Shown: piece by piece, positions 1 to 10,580 of the stretch | Layout: the number at the start of each line of letters is the position of its first letter | How positions within the stretch are numbered: position 1 is the first letter of the stretch | Source of the DNA: Actinomycetota bacterium | Lineage (GTDB): Bacteria > Actinomycetota > Humimicrobiia > Humimicrobiales > Humimicrobiaceae | DNA: 50,977 bases | Direction of reading: 5' to 3' | Assembly (NCBI GenBank): GCA_013202875.1 | Contig: JABMRD010000009.1 | Location: forward strand, 1 to 50,977 | Notes under the pieces: generated by a model | The model's database searches: none | The model's input: the letters and a program-made list of their open reading frames with translations, nothing else | What the model was told of the DNA's origin: nothing | Translations under genes and position numbers: made by a program

Positions 1-98
1 AGACTCTTGTCCAGCTCAGTATCTACCTTTATATGTTTGGGATTTACATCATTATTTTCTTCATCATTATTTGTCATTTTACCTTTTTCACCCACCAT
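1..98 (-). CDS. ruvB: Probable N-terminus of Holliday junction helicase RuvB (partial, runs off window)
   Basis: The minus-strand ATG at 98 lies 5 nt after the ruvA stop. The 32 codons MVGEKGKMTNNDEENNDVNPKHIKVDTELDKS.. reach the window edge. The call rests on ruvC-ruvA-ruvB synteny and the approach to the usual ..SLRP motif. The fragment is too short to prove identity. Confidence 0.4.
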   Translation of the reverse strand, partial: MVGEKGKMTNNDEENNDVNPKHIKVDTELDKS

Positions 99-103
99 TT
101 TAA

Positions 104-694
104 TTAAATCTCCTTAAGAGCTATTTTTAGGATGTGCTCAATTTTTTCTTTCTTTATAACGTCAATACTTAATTTTGATATGGCTTTACTTATCTCTCTT
201 GAATCGTAGCCCAGGGTCTTTAAAGCCTGTTCAACTTCATATATTTTTTCATTTTCCGCTAAACCTGCAAGCGCTGCTCTTTCCACTTTATATTCTTCCA
301 GTTTATCTTTAAGTTCCAGAATTATTCTTTCAGCAAGTTTGAGGCCAATTCCGGGAATTCTTCTTAGCAGGTCAACTTCCCTGTTCGCAATTATTCTTTT
401 AAGCTCCTGTCCGCTATAAATTGATAGAGAACTTAACGCTATTTTTATTGATATTCCTGAAACCCCCAGAAGCTTCAGAAAAAAATCTTTATCGTCGGTA
501 TCCGAAAAACCCACCAATTTTAATTCATCTTCTCTCACATGGGTATATATATCAAGTTCTACTTCCGAACCCTTTTCGGGCAATTTTTCAAAAGTTCTGC
601 TTGAAATCAATACTTCAAATCCTATTCCCCCGGCTTGCACTATAAGGCTTGAAGGTGACTTTTTAATTATTTTTCCAAATATTTTTGCAATCAT
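104..694 (-). CDS. ruvA: Holliday junction DNA helicase subunit RuvA
   Basis: 196 aa. The N-terminal OB-fold region reads MIAKIFGKI..GGIGFEV. A helix-hairpin-helix segment reads LLRRIPGIGLKLAERIILELKDK. It is adjacent to ruvC. Confidence 0.9.
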   Translation of the reverse strand: MIAKIFGKIIKKSPSSLIVQAGGIGFEVLISSRTFEKLPEKGSEVELDIYTHVREDELKLVGFSDTDDKDFFLKLLGVSGISIKIALSSLSIYSGQELKRIIANREVDLLRRIPGIGLKLAERIILELKDKLEEYKVERAALAGLAENEKIYEVEQALKTLGYDSREISKAISKLSIDVIKKEKIEHILKIALKEI

Positions 695-709
695 AGCCAG
701 CCATCTGAA

Positions 710-1228
710 TTATTTAAAAGTTTTAACCTTATCTTGAAACTTTTTATTATTAGCATGGCATACAGATATCGCCATTGCATCCCAGGCATCATCTTTTTTA
801 GGGAAAAAGTTATCCTTAACTTTAAGTATTATTCCTAACATATATTTGATTTGTTTCTTAGTTGCTTTTCCATATCCGACAATAGCCTGTTTTACCTGTA
901 AGGGAGTATATTCGTATATCTTCAAGTTGTTAATACTTCCAGCCAGTATTGATACTCCCCTTGCCTGACCTACATCCATAGCAGTTTTTACATTTATGCT
1001 AAAAAAGATTTCTTCAATAACCATGCAGTCAGGACAGTACTTTTTAATTAACTGGTTAATCCTTATATAAATCTCTTCTAATCTTTCACAAATGGGTTTG
1101 TTCTTTTTTGTAACGATGCAATCGCAAAATACGGGATAGTATTCCCCTTTTTCTACATCCAATATGCTTACCCCTGTAGTTTCCAATCCAGGATCTATCC
1201 CCAGTATTCTTATTCTATCAGTTGTCAT
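710..1228 (-). CDS. ruvC: Crossover junction endodeoxyribonuclease RuvC
   Basis: 172 aa. It has the ILGIDPGLETTGVSIL N-terminal catalytic Asp motif and the length typical of RuvC. Confidence 0.9.
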   Translation of the reverse strand: MTTDRIRILGIDPGLETTGVSILDVEKGEYYPVFCDCIVTKKNKPICERLEEIYIRINQLIKKYCPDCMVIEEIFFSINVKTAMDVGQARGVSILAGSINNLKIYEYTPLQVKQAIVGYGKATKKQIKYMLGIILKVKDNFFPKKDDAWDAMAISVCHANNKKFQDKVKTFK

Positions 1229-1238
1229 TTTTAATTAT

Positions 1239-1988
1239 CTATATTTCACTCAATATCTCATCGGATATTTCAAGGTTCGAATTTACATTCTGGACATCGT
1301 CATGTTCATCCAATGCATTAATTAGTTTTAATGCTTTAACACTTTCCTCTTTTGATAATTCTATGGTAGATTTTGGTATAAGTCCTATTTCGCTTGATTT
1401 TATTTTTATATTATTTTTTTCAAGAGCTTCCTTGACCTTTATAAATTCCGTAGGAGGAACTTTAATTTCATATACATCATAATCTTCATCAATATCTTCT
1501 GCTCCAATATCAATCACATTAAGCATAAATTCTTCTTCATCCTTTATTTCACTTTTCTCTACTATTATTACACCTTTCATCTCAAACTGCCAGCTAACAC
1601 TCCCGCTCTCACCCAGGGTTCCGTTATATCTACCCAAAATGTTTCTTATGTCCGAAGCAGTTCTATTTCTGTTTTCGGTCATTACTTCAATTATTATAGC
1701 TATACCCCCGGGACCATATCCTTCGTACAGGATGCTCTCGTAATTTTCTCCTTCTATCTCGCCGGTTCCTCTTTTAATTGCTCTCTCTATATTATTCTGG
1801 GGCATATTATATTCCTTGGCCTTGGCAATTGCGTTAGCAAGAGCCATATTATCCCTGGGATCGCCTCCCCCTCCTTCTCTTACTGCAACAATAATACTCC
1901 TGCTTAGTTTCCCAAATATATTTCCTCGTTTTGCATCCTCTTTTGCCTTTTTATGCTTAATTGAATGCCATTTTGAATGCCCGGACAT
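1239..1988 (-). CDS. yebC: YebC/PmpR family DNA-binding transcriptional regulator
   Basis: 249 aa. It starts MSGHSKWHSIKHKKAKEDAKRGNIFGKL, the hallmark N-terminus of this family. yebC-ruvC linkage is common. Confidence 0.9.
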   Translation of the reverse strand: MSGHSKWHSIKHKKAKEDAKRGNIFGKLSRSIIVAVREGGGGDPRDNMALANAIAKAKEYNMPQNNIERAIKRGTGEIEGENYESILYEGYGPGGIAIIIEVMTENRNRTASDIRNILGRYNGTLGESGSVSWQFEMKGVIIVEKSEIKDEEEFMLNVIDIGAEDIDEDYDVYEIKVPPTEFIKVKEALEKNNIKIKSSEIGLIPKSTIELSKEESVKALKLINALDEHDDVQNVNSNLEISDEILSEI

Positions 1989-2060
1989 ACCAATTATCTC
2001 CTTTAATATTTTTAATAATATTTACAAAGTACACCTACTTTAATACTCCTTGCTCCAGTC

Positions 2061-2942
2061 TTACCACCCTCTGTTGGAGATTATTTTCTCTTTTGTAAGT
2101 TCTGATACAGCAATTCCGCTCATTGGACTTCCCAGACCCCTGGAAACTTTTGCCAAAATCTCAGGATTATTGTAATGAGTTGTTGCTTCAACAATAGCAC
2201 GGGCCATTTTTAATGGATTTTCAGATTTGAAAATACCGGAACCTACAAATATACCCTCAGCACCAAGCTGCATTATCATAACGGCATCAGCAGGAGTAGC
2301 TATTCCACCAGCCGAGAAATTAACTACCGGTAATTTTTTATTCTTATGCACATATAGTATCAGATCATAAGGAGCACCTAATTCTTTAGCAACAGTCATC
2401 AGTTCTTCTTTTGGCAGTGAAGAAATTCTTACTATCTCATCTTTTATGCTTCTCATATGTTTTACCGCTTCTATAACATCTCCGGTACCGGCTTCTCCTT
2501 TAGTTCTGGTCATTGCAGCGCCTTCACCTATTCTTCTTAAAGCTTCACCTAAATTTGTGGCACCACAAACAAATGGAACTTTAAAATCCCATTTATTTAT
2601 ATGATATTTTTCATCTGCCGGAGTCAGGACTTCACTTTCATCAATATAATCAATTCCTATGACTTCAAGTATTTGTGCTTCTGCAAAATGCCCTATTCTT
2701 ACTTTTGCCATAACCGGAATAGAAACAGTATCCATAATTTTTAATATAATTTCAGGATCGGTCATTCTGGCCACACCTCCTGTTGCTCTGATGTCAGCAG
2801 GCACTCTCTCCAGAGCCATTACTGATACTGCCCCTGCTTCCTCTGCAATTTTAGCCTGCTCGGGGGAGGTTACATCCATTATTACTCCACCTTTAAGCAT
2901 CTGGGCAAGTCCGGCTTTTACCTTTAACGTTCCTTTCTCCAT
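2061..2942 (-). CDS. pdxS: Pyridoxal 5'-phosphate synthase lyase subunit PdxS
   Basis: 293 aa. Conserved stretches are [20 protein letters not shown] and FVGSGIFKS. Length is typical. Confidence 0.95.
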   Translation of the reverse strand: MEKGTLKVKAGLAQMLKGGVIMDVTSPEQAKIAEEAGAVSVMALERVPADIRATGGVARMTDPEIILKIMDTVSIPVMAKVRIGHFAEAQILEVIGIDYIDESEVLTPADEKYHINKWDFKVPFVCGATNLGEALRRIGEGAAMTRTKGEAGTGDVIEAVKHMRSIKDEIVRISSLPKEELMTVAKELGAPYDLILYVHKNKKLPVVNFSAGGIATPADAVMIMQLGAEGIFVGSGIFKSENPLKMARAIVEATTHYNNPEILAKVSRGLGSPMSGIAVSELTKEKIISNRGW

Positions 2943-2961
2943 CTTATTAAAACACCTCCAA

Positions 2962-3906
2962 TTATTTTATTCCCACTCCTAAAGACATATTTTCAAGCCT
3001 CCTGATTCTTTCTTCTGCAGGAGGGTGCGTATTAAACAAACTTTTAAACATAACCTTAGATTTATCACCGATTGGATTGGCAATAAATAAATGTGCAGTT
3101 GCGCTACTGGCAGTTTTTACTTCGCTATGCATACTGATTTTTTTAAGTGCATTTGCCAGCCCGGCAGGATACCTGGAAATTAAAGCTCCTGTTGAATCTG
3201 CCAGGAATTCCCTATTCCTGCTTATAGCAAGTCTTATCAATGTAGCAATTATAGGAGCCAATAATATAAGCAATACCCCTACTATTATTAAAATTAATGA
3301 TAATATTCCGCCGCCTGAGCCTTTTGATGACCTTCTCCTGCTCCCGCCTCCGAATATAAGGGACCTGAATATAATATTACTTATTATAGTAATCATTCCC
3401 ACCATAACAACAACTATCGTTCCCAGTAGAATATCATAATTTTTTATATGAGATAATTCGTGCGAGATAACCCCTTTTAATTCTTCATCACTAAGATTAT
3501 CAAGTAGACCCTGAGTAAAGGCTATTACTCCTTTTTGCGGATTTCTCCCGGTTGCAAATGCATTCATACCTTCATCGCCCATTACATAAATTTTAGGTAT
3601 AGTCAGTCCGGCAGCAATCGATAGCCCCTCTGCCATATAATAGACTCTCTGGTTCTCTTCCCTTGATATTGGTCTTGCTCCGCTCAAACTCAGTACAATT
3701 CTATCGCTATAATAATAACTTGAAAAACTCATGATAACTGCCAGTATAAGTGCAAATATCATAAGTATTACCGAATAGTTATTGCTAATGCCATAACGCC
3801 AGTCAAGATAATAGCCAATAGCAAATCCTACCAGAGTTATAAATACAACAAACCCAATAATTATAAATACGGTTTTTGCCCTGTTGCTGGCAATTTGTTC
3901 ATACAT
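2962..3906 (-). CDS. htpX: M48-family zinc metalloprotease HtpX
   Basis: 314 aa. It has multiple hydrophobic segments, the [10 protein letters not shown] (HExxH) zinc site, and the usual adjacency to lemA. Confidence 0.85.
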   Translation of the reverse strand: MYEQIASNRAKTVFIIIGFVVFITLVGFAIGYYLDWRYGISNNYSVILMIFALILAVIMSFSSYYYSDRIVLSLSGARPISREENQRVYYMAEGLSIAAGLTIPKIYVMGDEGMNAFATGRNPQKGVIAFTQGLLDNLSDEELKGVISHELSHIKNYDILLGTIVVVMVGMITIISNIIFRSLIFGGGSRRRSSKGSGGGILSLILIIVGVLLILLAPIIATLIRLAISRNREFLADSTGALISRYPAGLANALKKISMHSEVKTASSATAHLFIANPIGDKSKVMFKSLFNTHPPAEERIRRLENMSLGVGIK

Positions 3907-3947
3907 TACTTAAATCACACCTTTTTTTATAGAAAAATCACCTGTTG

Positions 3948-4517
3948 TTAAAACTTTACTTTAACAGGTTCCCTGGCTGAAATTTCTTCTATCTCAAAAT
4001 AATCTCTTGACAAAAAATTAAACATTCTGGCAAATATATTTCCAGGAAATGTTTGTATTCTGGTATTAAATTTCATAACCATATCATTGTAAAATTGTCT
4101 TGCATAAGCAATATTACTTTCAATGCCATTAAGCTGTTCCATTAATTTTAAAAAATGCTGGTCCGCTTTAAGGTTAGGATAATTTTCAGACAACGCAAAT
4201 AACGACTTTAAGGTACCGGTTATCATATTTTCGGCTTTTGCCTGTTCTTTTACTGTTTTTGCGTCAATACCTATCTTCCTGGCATTGATAACATTCTGCA
4301 GGGTTTCCCTTTCGTGTTTGGCATATCCTTTCACTGTCTCCATCAGATTTGGTATTAAATCGTATCTTTTCCTGAGCTGTACATCAATCTGATGCCATGA
4401 ATTGTCAACCTTATTTCTTAAAGATACTATAGAATTATATATACCTATTCCAATAAAAAACAGTAATATTATTATTCCCGCAATTATTGCTATAAGGGAA
4501 ATTACTCCTGGTAACAT
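3948..4517 (-). CDS. lemA: LemA family membrane protein
   Basis: 189 aa. It has an N-terminal transmembrane helix followed by the LemA-type region WHQIDVQLRKRYDLIPNL..ARQFYND. Confidence 0.85.
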   Translation of the reverse strand: MLPGVISLIAIIAGIIILLFFIGIGIYNSIVSLRNKVDNSWHQIDVQLRKRYDLIPNLMETVKGYAKHERETLQNVINARKIGIDAKTVKEQAKAENMITGTLKSLFALSENYPNLKADQHFLKLMEQLNGIESNIAYARQFYNDMVMKFNTRIQTFPGNIFARMFNFLSRDYFEIEEISAREPVKVKF

Positions 4518-4682
4518 AATGACCTCCTGACTATTTTGTTTTTATTACTGTTGAACTTGAGATATTTTACATTTTACTGTATTAAAAATAAACAACTTTA
4601 GATTATATCATATAAATAATTGTAAAAATATAATCCTGCTTCATGGCTAATTTCCTGGCTATTGTACCGGTCAATATTGTTT

Positions 4683-4711
4683 TTTACACAAAAAAATTTT
4701 TATGGTATATT
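4683..4711 (+). promoter_or_regulatory. Candidate sigma70-type promoter for the EF-G-like gene
   Basis: TTTACA is followed by a 17-nt spacer and TATATT, with TG one base upstream of the -10 (extended -10). It lies about 65 nt upstream of the ATG at 4777. The background is AT-rich, so the chance-match risk is high. Confidence 0.3.
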
Positions 4712-4776
4712 TCTTCTATTGCCTTAATTGTATTTAAGTATAATCAAATAAAATCTAACGCTTTTGGGGGGTGTTA

Positions 4777-6858
4777 ATGAACGGTAAAAGTTGTTCTAAC
4801 AATAAAGTTATTGGTCTTATTTCAGGAAATGGGACAGGGAAAACCTCGCTTGCAGAATGTTTCTTATATAATTCTAAAATTACTGACAGGCTGGGAACTA
4901 TAGATGCAAAAAATACTGTTTCTGATTTCAGTCCGCTGGAAATTATAAAAGGATTTAGCATAAGTTCAAGCATACTTAATTACAAATGGAAAGATTCCAT
5001 TATAAATCTAATAGACTGCCCCGGGTATATGGACTTTATAGGACAGACTCAGGCAGCAATTAAAATAATAGACAGTGCGCTCTTAGTTGTTGACGTAAAA
5101 TCAGGAGTGCAGGCTCCCACTGAATTGGTTATAGAGCTGCTGGCTAAAAATCCCAAACCGATGTTCTGTATACTTAATAAATTAGATCAGGAAAATATAG
5201 ATTACTTTAAAGTTGTAGAAGATATAAAAAGTAAATATAATTTAAATCTTGTCCCAATAACTACTCCGGTTAATAGCGGAGAAAATTTCTCTAAAATTGT
5301 AGATATACTTCAAAATCAGGCTTACGAATATAAAGAGAAAAATCCTACAGGTAATAAGACCTCTGTAGATGAAAACATTAAAGAACAAATTGAAAGTCAT
5401 CATAATAAACTAGTCGAATCTATAGTTGAAACAGATGACGTATTGATCAGTAAATACTTAGAAGGCGAAGAAATTGACGATAAGGTAGTAAGTGAGGTAT
5501 TTAAAAAAGCGGTAATAGCCGGAAAGGTAATCCCTGTATTTGCCATATCTTCAGGCAAGAATTTTGGTGTAGATATTTTAATGAACTATATAAATTCTCT
5601 TCTCCCTTCTGCTCTTGATATACCTCCTATTAAGGCAAAGGATTTAAACAAAGATTCTGAAATAGAAATAAAATCTTCGCCAGATGGTTCACTGCTTGCA
5701 TATGTTTTTAAGACCATGGCAGATCCTTATATAGGAAAGTTATCTATTTTTAGAATTTTTTCTGGAATCATTAAGATAAATGAAAACTACTACATATCCG
5801 GTCCAGAAAAAACATATAAATTTACAAATTTATTTAAGCTCCAGGGTAAAAGTCAGAGTGATATAATCGAAGCTTCATGTGGAGATATTGTAGCTGTATC
5901 CAAAATTATGGATATTTCAAACGATGATACCATTTCAAGCCATGATCAGCCATTAAAAATACCTGAAACAGAATATTTTTCCCCGACCTTGCCCAGAGCA
6001 GTTATACCCAGGAGTAAAGGAGATGAAGAGAAAATAAGCAGTAGCCTATCCAAATTAATGCAGGAAGACCCCACCATAAGACAGGAATTAAATTCAGAAG
6101 TGCATCAAAACATTATCTGGGGAATTGGAGAACTGCATCTTTCAATATCCAGGGATAAATTAAAAGAAAAATTCGATGTCGATATTGATATACTTGTTCC
6201 AGATGTCGCTTACAAGGAAACAATCAGAAAGGGTGCAAAAGCTGAATATAAATATAAAAAACAATCTGGCGGAAGGGGCCAGTACGGACATGTTTTAATT
6301 GAAATCAAACCACTTGGTAGTAGCGGAGGTTTTGAATTTAAAAATAGTATTTTTGGTGGAGCAATTCCTAAAGGTTATATACCGGGAGTGGAAAAAGGTA
6401 TCAGGGAAGCTCTACTAAAAGGAGTTCTTGCTGAATACCCTGTAGTAGATGTTGGCGTAAATCTGTATGATGGGTCATATCATACTGTAGACTCGTCCGA
6501 GATGTCCTTTAAAATAGCAGCGTCTATGGCTTTTAAAAAAGGAATGCAGGAGGCTTCTCCGGTCATATTAGAACCTATTACAGAATTGGAAATTATAGCA
6601 CCTGAAAAGTATATGGGTGATATAATCGGAGATATAAACACAAAAAGAGGGAAAATTATTTCAATGACCCAAATTGAAAATAAAAAACAACTAATAAAAG
6701 CCACTGCCCCCCAATCTGAAACTTTCAACTATGCAATTGATCTAACATCTCTTACCCGTGGAAGGGGACGTTTTATTCAAAAATTTTCACATTATGAAGA
6801 ATTACCTCCAAATTTAGCCCATAAGATAATAGAAGAAAGGAAAAAGCAAAAGGAATGA
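4777..6858 (+). CDS. Elongation factor G-like translational GTPase paralogue (divergent G domain)
   Basis: 693 aa from the ATG at 4777, with a GGGGGG Shine-Dalgarno 6 nt upstream; the track's GTG at 4771 is less likely. It has the EF-G five-domain length. G motifs are GNGTGKTS (G1), DCPGYMDF (G3) and NKLD (G4). The domain IV/V-like stretch reads GGRGQYGHV. Confidence 0.85.
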   Translation: MNGKSCSNNKVIGLISGNGTGKTSLAECFLYNSKITDRLGTIDAKNTVSDFSPLEIIKGFSISSSILNYKWKDSIINLIDCPGYMDFIGQTQAAIKIIDSALLVVDVKSGVQAPTELVIELLAKNPKPMFCILNKLDQENIDYFKVVEDIKSKYNLNLVPITTPVNSGENFSKIVDILQNQAYEYKEKNPTGNKTSVDENIKEQIESHHNKLVESIVETDDVLISKYLEGEEIDDKVVSEVFKKAVIAGKVIPVFAISSGKNFGVDILMNYINSLLPSALDIPPIKAKDLNKDSEIEIKSSPDGSLLAYVFKTMADPYIGKLSIFRIFSGIIKINENYYISGPEKTYKFTNLFKLQGKSQSDIIEASCGDIVAVSKIMDISNDDTISSHDQPLKIPETEYFSPTLPRAVIPRSKGDEEKISSSLSKLMQEDPTIRQELNSEVHQNIIWGIGELHLSISRDKLKEKFDVDIDILVPDVAYKETIRKGAKAEYKYKKQSGGRGQYGHVLIEIKPLGSSGGFEFKNSIFGGAIPKGYIPGVEKGIREALLKGVLAEYPVVDVGVNLYDGSYHTVDSSEMSFKIAASMAFKKGMQEASPVILEPITELEIIAPEKYMGDIIGDINTKRGKIISMTQIENKKQLIKATAPQSETFNYAIDLTSLTRGRGRFIQKFSHYEELPPNLAHKIIEERKKQKE

Positions 6859-8084
6859 AGAAAAACTACAAAAGATGTGTATTTATATTGGATAAGGTTC
6901 CCTATATCCTGTTCGGAGCAATATTGATAATAGCCATAATCATATTTCTCCCTATCAGAAGCTGCATGCCATTGAATTTCTTTTCCGGGGTACATGAAGA
7001 AACCGAAAACGAATCGGAGTATCCTCTTTTTATAGCTTCTCCGACCAATGATAAGGTCTTTATCATCAACAAAAATGAAACTGTTCCTGTAGAGATAAAG
7101 GCAAAAGAAGTGGAAAGTACAAACTACACCATAAGAGTGCTTATAAATGATAGTGAGATAAAATCATTCACTTCCCCTCCTTACGAATACAACTGGAATC
7201 CAGAAATTTCCGGTGAATATGAAATTATAGCGCAGCTGGTAGATGAGAATGGCATTACCCTGTCAAGCTCAAACAAGGTTGCCTTTACAGTTGAATATGA
7301 AGTTAAAACTGCAGAAAATAATGTTATTAGTGTGGATATAAAAGAAAAGAAAAACGAAATACTCAGTCGGCCCATTTTCAGGACCCAGAGGTCCCAGAAT
7401 ACCATACCTTCAGGACTTCCTATATTTTCTTACAAATGCTATATCCCCCCGGTTATAGACGGCAGTATCCAGGAATGGGAAAAATTTGATAGGTTTTCGG
7501 AATTCATGCCTACTATCAGACCAGAGAATTACGCCTCCCGTGATGATATCGACGGTACATTTTATTCCTGCTGGGATGATGATAATTTTTATTTTGCAGT
7601 ACAGGTAGTTGATGATGTGTTCAGCCAGAAGTATACAGGGAATCAGCTATACAAAGGCGACAGCATAACCATTGTATTCGATACCGAACTGGAAGAAGAT
7701 ATGTCAATATCATTTTATACCGGTGATGATTACCGTATTGATTTCTCACCGGGCAATTTCTCCGGTACATTCGCAGAATCATTTATGTACTGGCCCTCCA
7801 ATGCACCGCCCAGAGGAGTTAACATTACTTCTACCAGGCTGGCAAATGGAGGATACATGATAGAAGCAAGCATCCCCTGGTATAATTTCCCAAACTACAA
7901 TCCTTATGACGAGGATGTACTGGGATTTACCGTTTCCATACTCGATACTGACTATCTGGAATCAACAGAACTTGTAATTTCTTCTTCGAAAAAATTTGAA
8001 TTTAACGATGTCTCCAATCTGGGTATCATTGTACTAATAGATGCCGGCAATATTCAGGAGGCAGAAGAAGAAGTAGAAGAATAA
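6855..8084 (+). CDS. Membrane-anchored protein with Ig-like repeat and CBM9/DOMON-like carbohydrate-binding-type domain
   Basis: 409 aa. It has an N-terminal hydrophobic anchor, YILFGAILIIAIIIFLP. C-terminal region motifs are DGSIQEWEKF, FYFAVQVVDD, GDSITIVFD and GYMIEASIPW. By memory these resemble family-9 carbohydrate-binding-like domains. Its start overlaps the EF-G-like stop (ATGA). Confidence 0.55.
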   Translation: MKKNYKRCVFILDKVPYILFGAILIIAIIIFLPIRSCMPLNFFSGVHEETENESEYPLFIASPTNDKVFIINKNETVPVEIKAKEVESTNYTIRVLINDSEIKSFTSPPYEYNWNPEISGEYEIIAQLVDENGITLSSSNKVAFTVEYEVKTAENNVISVDIKEKKNEILSRPIFRTQRSQNTIPSGLPIFSYKCYIPPVIDGSIQEWEKFDRFSEFMPTIRPENYASRDDIDGTFYSCWDDDNFYFAVQVVDDVFSQKYTGNQLYKGDSITIVFDTELEEDMSISFYTGDDYRIDFSPGNFSGTFAESFMYWPSNAPPRGVNITSTRLANGGYMIEASIPWYNFPNYNPYDEDVLGFTVSILDTDYLESTELVISSSKKFEFNDVSNLGIIVLIDAGNIQEAEEEVEE

Positions 8085-8197
8085 AGTTAATCTTCTCAAA
8101 ATAGTAAAGAATATATATCTAACTAAATATATAAACCCATGATCGTAAGATTTGATTTTATTGCGTGGATAAGCGTGAGCAAATACATTGCTAAAAT

Positions 8198-10573
8198 ATG
8201 AAAAATAATATTAAAAATAAATTAAATAAAGCAATTTTTAAAACCTATAAAATAGATATCTACGGAATCGTGCAGGGTGTAGGTTTTAGACCTTTTATAT
8301 ATAGAATAGCTCAGAAATATAATCTGAATGGAATGATTGCCAATACAACAAAAGGAGTTACTATAAAAATAAATGTTCCAGATAAAGGCATGGCTGAAAA
8401 ATTTACTTCCGATATCAAACTGCAAAAACCATCTGCTTCGGTTATTGAAAATATCAAAGTAGAAGAAATTCCTTTCCAGGATTTTAAGGATTTTAAAATA
8501 GGAAAAAGTAAGGAGACTGAAGAAAAATTCCAGCTGGTATCTCCGGACATTGCAACCTGTAGTCACTGCATTGAAGACATTAACAATAAAGATGATAAAA
8601 GAAGATACTCCTACCCTTTTACCAACTGTACCAACTGCGGGCCCAGATTTACTATCATACAGAAAATGCCCTATGATAGACCATATACTACCATGCACAA
8701 GTTTGTGATGTGTGAAGACTGCTGCAATGAATACAATAATCCCGGGGATAGAAGATTTCATGCCCAGCCCAATGCCTGCAGCAAGTGTGGTCCGAAAGTG
8801 CTTTTAGTTGATAAAGATGGTAAAAAAGTCGATTCTAAAAGTCCAATCATCACAGCTGTAAAGCTTCTTGAGGAGGGAAAAATAATCGCAATAAAGAGCC
8901 TTGGCGGGTTTCAGGTTGCATGTAATACATTTTCTGATGATGTTGTTCTGAAACTTAGAAAAAGAAAGAAAAGACCGGTAAAACCATTTGCCATAATGCT
9001 CAAAGATATTGAATCTATAAAAAAATATTACTACTTAAGTAAAAAAGAAATAGAAAATCTAACTTCAGCAAGAGCTCCAATTGTCCTGTTAAGAAAGAGG
9101 ACCGGAAACTATATAATCTCCAGATATGTTTCCCTCTATAACAAATATGAAGGAGTAATGCTTCCCTACACTCCCATACACCATCTGTTGTTTAATCACG
9201 TTAATATGCCACTTATAATGACCAGTGGAAATATATCAGAAGAACCCATAGCATCCGAAAATGTGGAAGCCCTGGAGAGATTAAAAGACATATGCGACTA
9301 TTTTCTAATTCACAACCGTGATATATATTCCAGATATGATGATTCTGTAATAAAAATCTTTGACGGTAGAGAGATGATTGTAAGAAGGGCCAGAGGGTAT
9401 TCTCCATATCCGGTAAAACTTGATAAGGATATTGGAAAACATATTATATTTGCAGCAGGCGCCCATGAAAAAAATACTTTCTGCTTTCTTGTAAATAATT
9501 ATGCAATTATAAGTCAGCATATCGGGGATCTGGATAATGCAGGATCACTCGAGTTCTTTAACTCTGCATTTAATAATTATAAGAAGCTTTTTAATACTGG
9601 CAGGATAAATTTAACTGCTTATGATAAACATCCTGGTTATGCTTCTACTAAATTTGCAAAAGAACTAAAAGATACCACTAGTAAAATTGAAGTTCAGCAC
9701 CATAAGGCTCATATCGCCAGTGTAATGGCAGAAAATAATATAAATGACAGTATTATAGGTTTCGCCTGGGATGGTACCGGTTATGGCGACGATGGAAAAG
9801 TCTGGGGCAGTGAAATATTTATAGCCGATGGTAACCTGAATTTTATAAGAATCGGCCATCTGAAAGAAAAAGTTCTACCCGGTGGTGAGGTTTCCATTAA
9901 AAAGCCTTACAGGATGACAATGACTTATCTTTATGATCTATGGACCGGACATAAAAATACCAGAGACAAATTCCCTGAGTTTGTATATAAGAATCTGCCG
10001 TTTTACAAGAAAATAATACCCACCTTTGAAATAGATGCTATTGAAAAACAATTGGAAACCGGATTTAACAGCCCGGTTACAACCAGTATGGGGAGATTTT
10101 TTGATGCGGTAAGCTCAGTACTTGATTGTACACATCTAGCCAGTTTTGAGGGCGAAGCTGCAATTCACCTGGAAATGACCGCTGATTATAATGAGAAATG
10201 CCAGTATAATATCAGAATTGATAATACAGATGATCAATATATAATAGATGACCATTATATATTCTCCCAGATATTTAAGGAAATACTGAATGGCATATCT
10301 AAGGGCAAAATATCCGCTAAATTTCATAATACCCTTGCCGGAATTATATTAAAGATAAGTCAGATGATAAGGAAAACCCACAATATTAATATTATTGCCC
10401 TTAGCGGCGGAGTTTTTCAGAATAATTACCTTTTAAGTGAATGTTTTAATATATTGAAAAAGGATGGTTTTAAGGTATACTCAAACTTTAAAGTTCCTGT
10501 AAATGACGGGGGCATTTCTTTAGGACAGGCGTACATAGCTGCCTTAAGAATTTTATCTTCAAAGAAAGGATAG
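8198..10573 (+). CDS. hypF: [NiFe] hydrogenase maturation carbamoyltransferase HypF
   Basis: 791 aa. It has an acylphosphatase-like N-terminus (IYGIVQGVGFRPF) and two zinc-finger pairs (CSHC..CTNCGPRFT and CEDC..CSKCGP). YrdC-like and Kae1-like domains follow. Confidence 0.95.
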   Translation: MKNNIKNKLNKAIFKTYKIDIYGIVQGVGFRPFIYRIAQKYNLNGMIANTTKGVTIKINVPDKGMAEKFTSDIKLQKPSASVIENIKVEEIPFQDFKDFKIGKSKETEEKFQLVSPDIATCSHCIEDINNKDDKRRYSYPFTNCTNCGPRFTIIQKMPYDRPYTTMHKFVMCEDCCNEYNNPGDRRFHAQPNACSKCGPKVLLVDKDGKKVDSKSPIITAVKLLEEGKIIAIKSLGGFQVACNTFSDDVVLKLRKRKKRPVKPFAIMLKDIESIKKYYYLSKKEIENLTSARAPIVLLRKRTGNYIISRYVSLYNKYEGVMLPYTPIHHLLFNHVNMPLIMTSGNISEEPIASENVEALERLKDICDYFLIHNRDIYSRYDDSVIKIFDGREMIVRRARGYSPYPVKLDKDIGKHIIFAAGAHEKNTFCFLVNNYAIISQHIGDLDNAGSLEFFNSAFNNYKKLFNTGRINLTAYDKHPGYASTKFAKELKDTTSKIEVQHHKAHIASVMAENNINDSIIGFAWDGTGYGDDGKVWGSEIFIADGNLNFIRIGHLKEKVLPGGEVSIKKPYRMTMTYLYDLWTGHKNTRDKFPEFVYKNLPFYKKIIPTFEIDAIEKQLETGFNSPVTTSMGRFFDAVSSVLDCTHLASFEGEAAIHLEMTADYNEKCQYNIRIDNTDDQYIIDDHYIFSQIFKEILNGISKGKISAKFHNTLAGIILKISQMIRKTHNINIIALSGGVFQNNYLLSECFNILKKDGFKVYSNFKVPVNDGGISLGQAYIAALRILSSKKG

Positions 10574-10580
10574 TTTTATC

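Noticed and set aside
2061-2942. pdxS has no adjacent pdxT glutaminase gene.
   Set aside because: pdxT is often, but not always, linked to pdxS and is probably encoded elsewhere. Nothing in the window suggests an alternative ammonia source.
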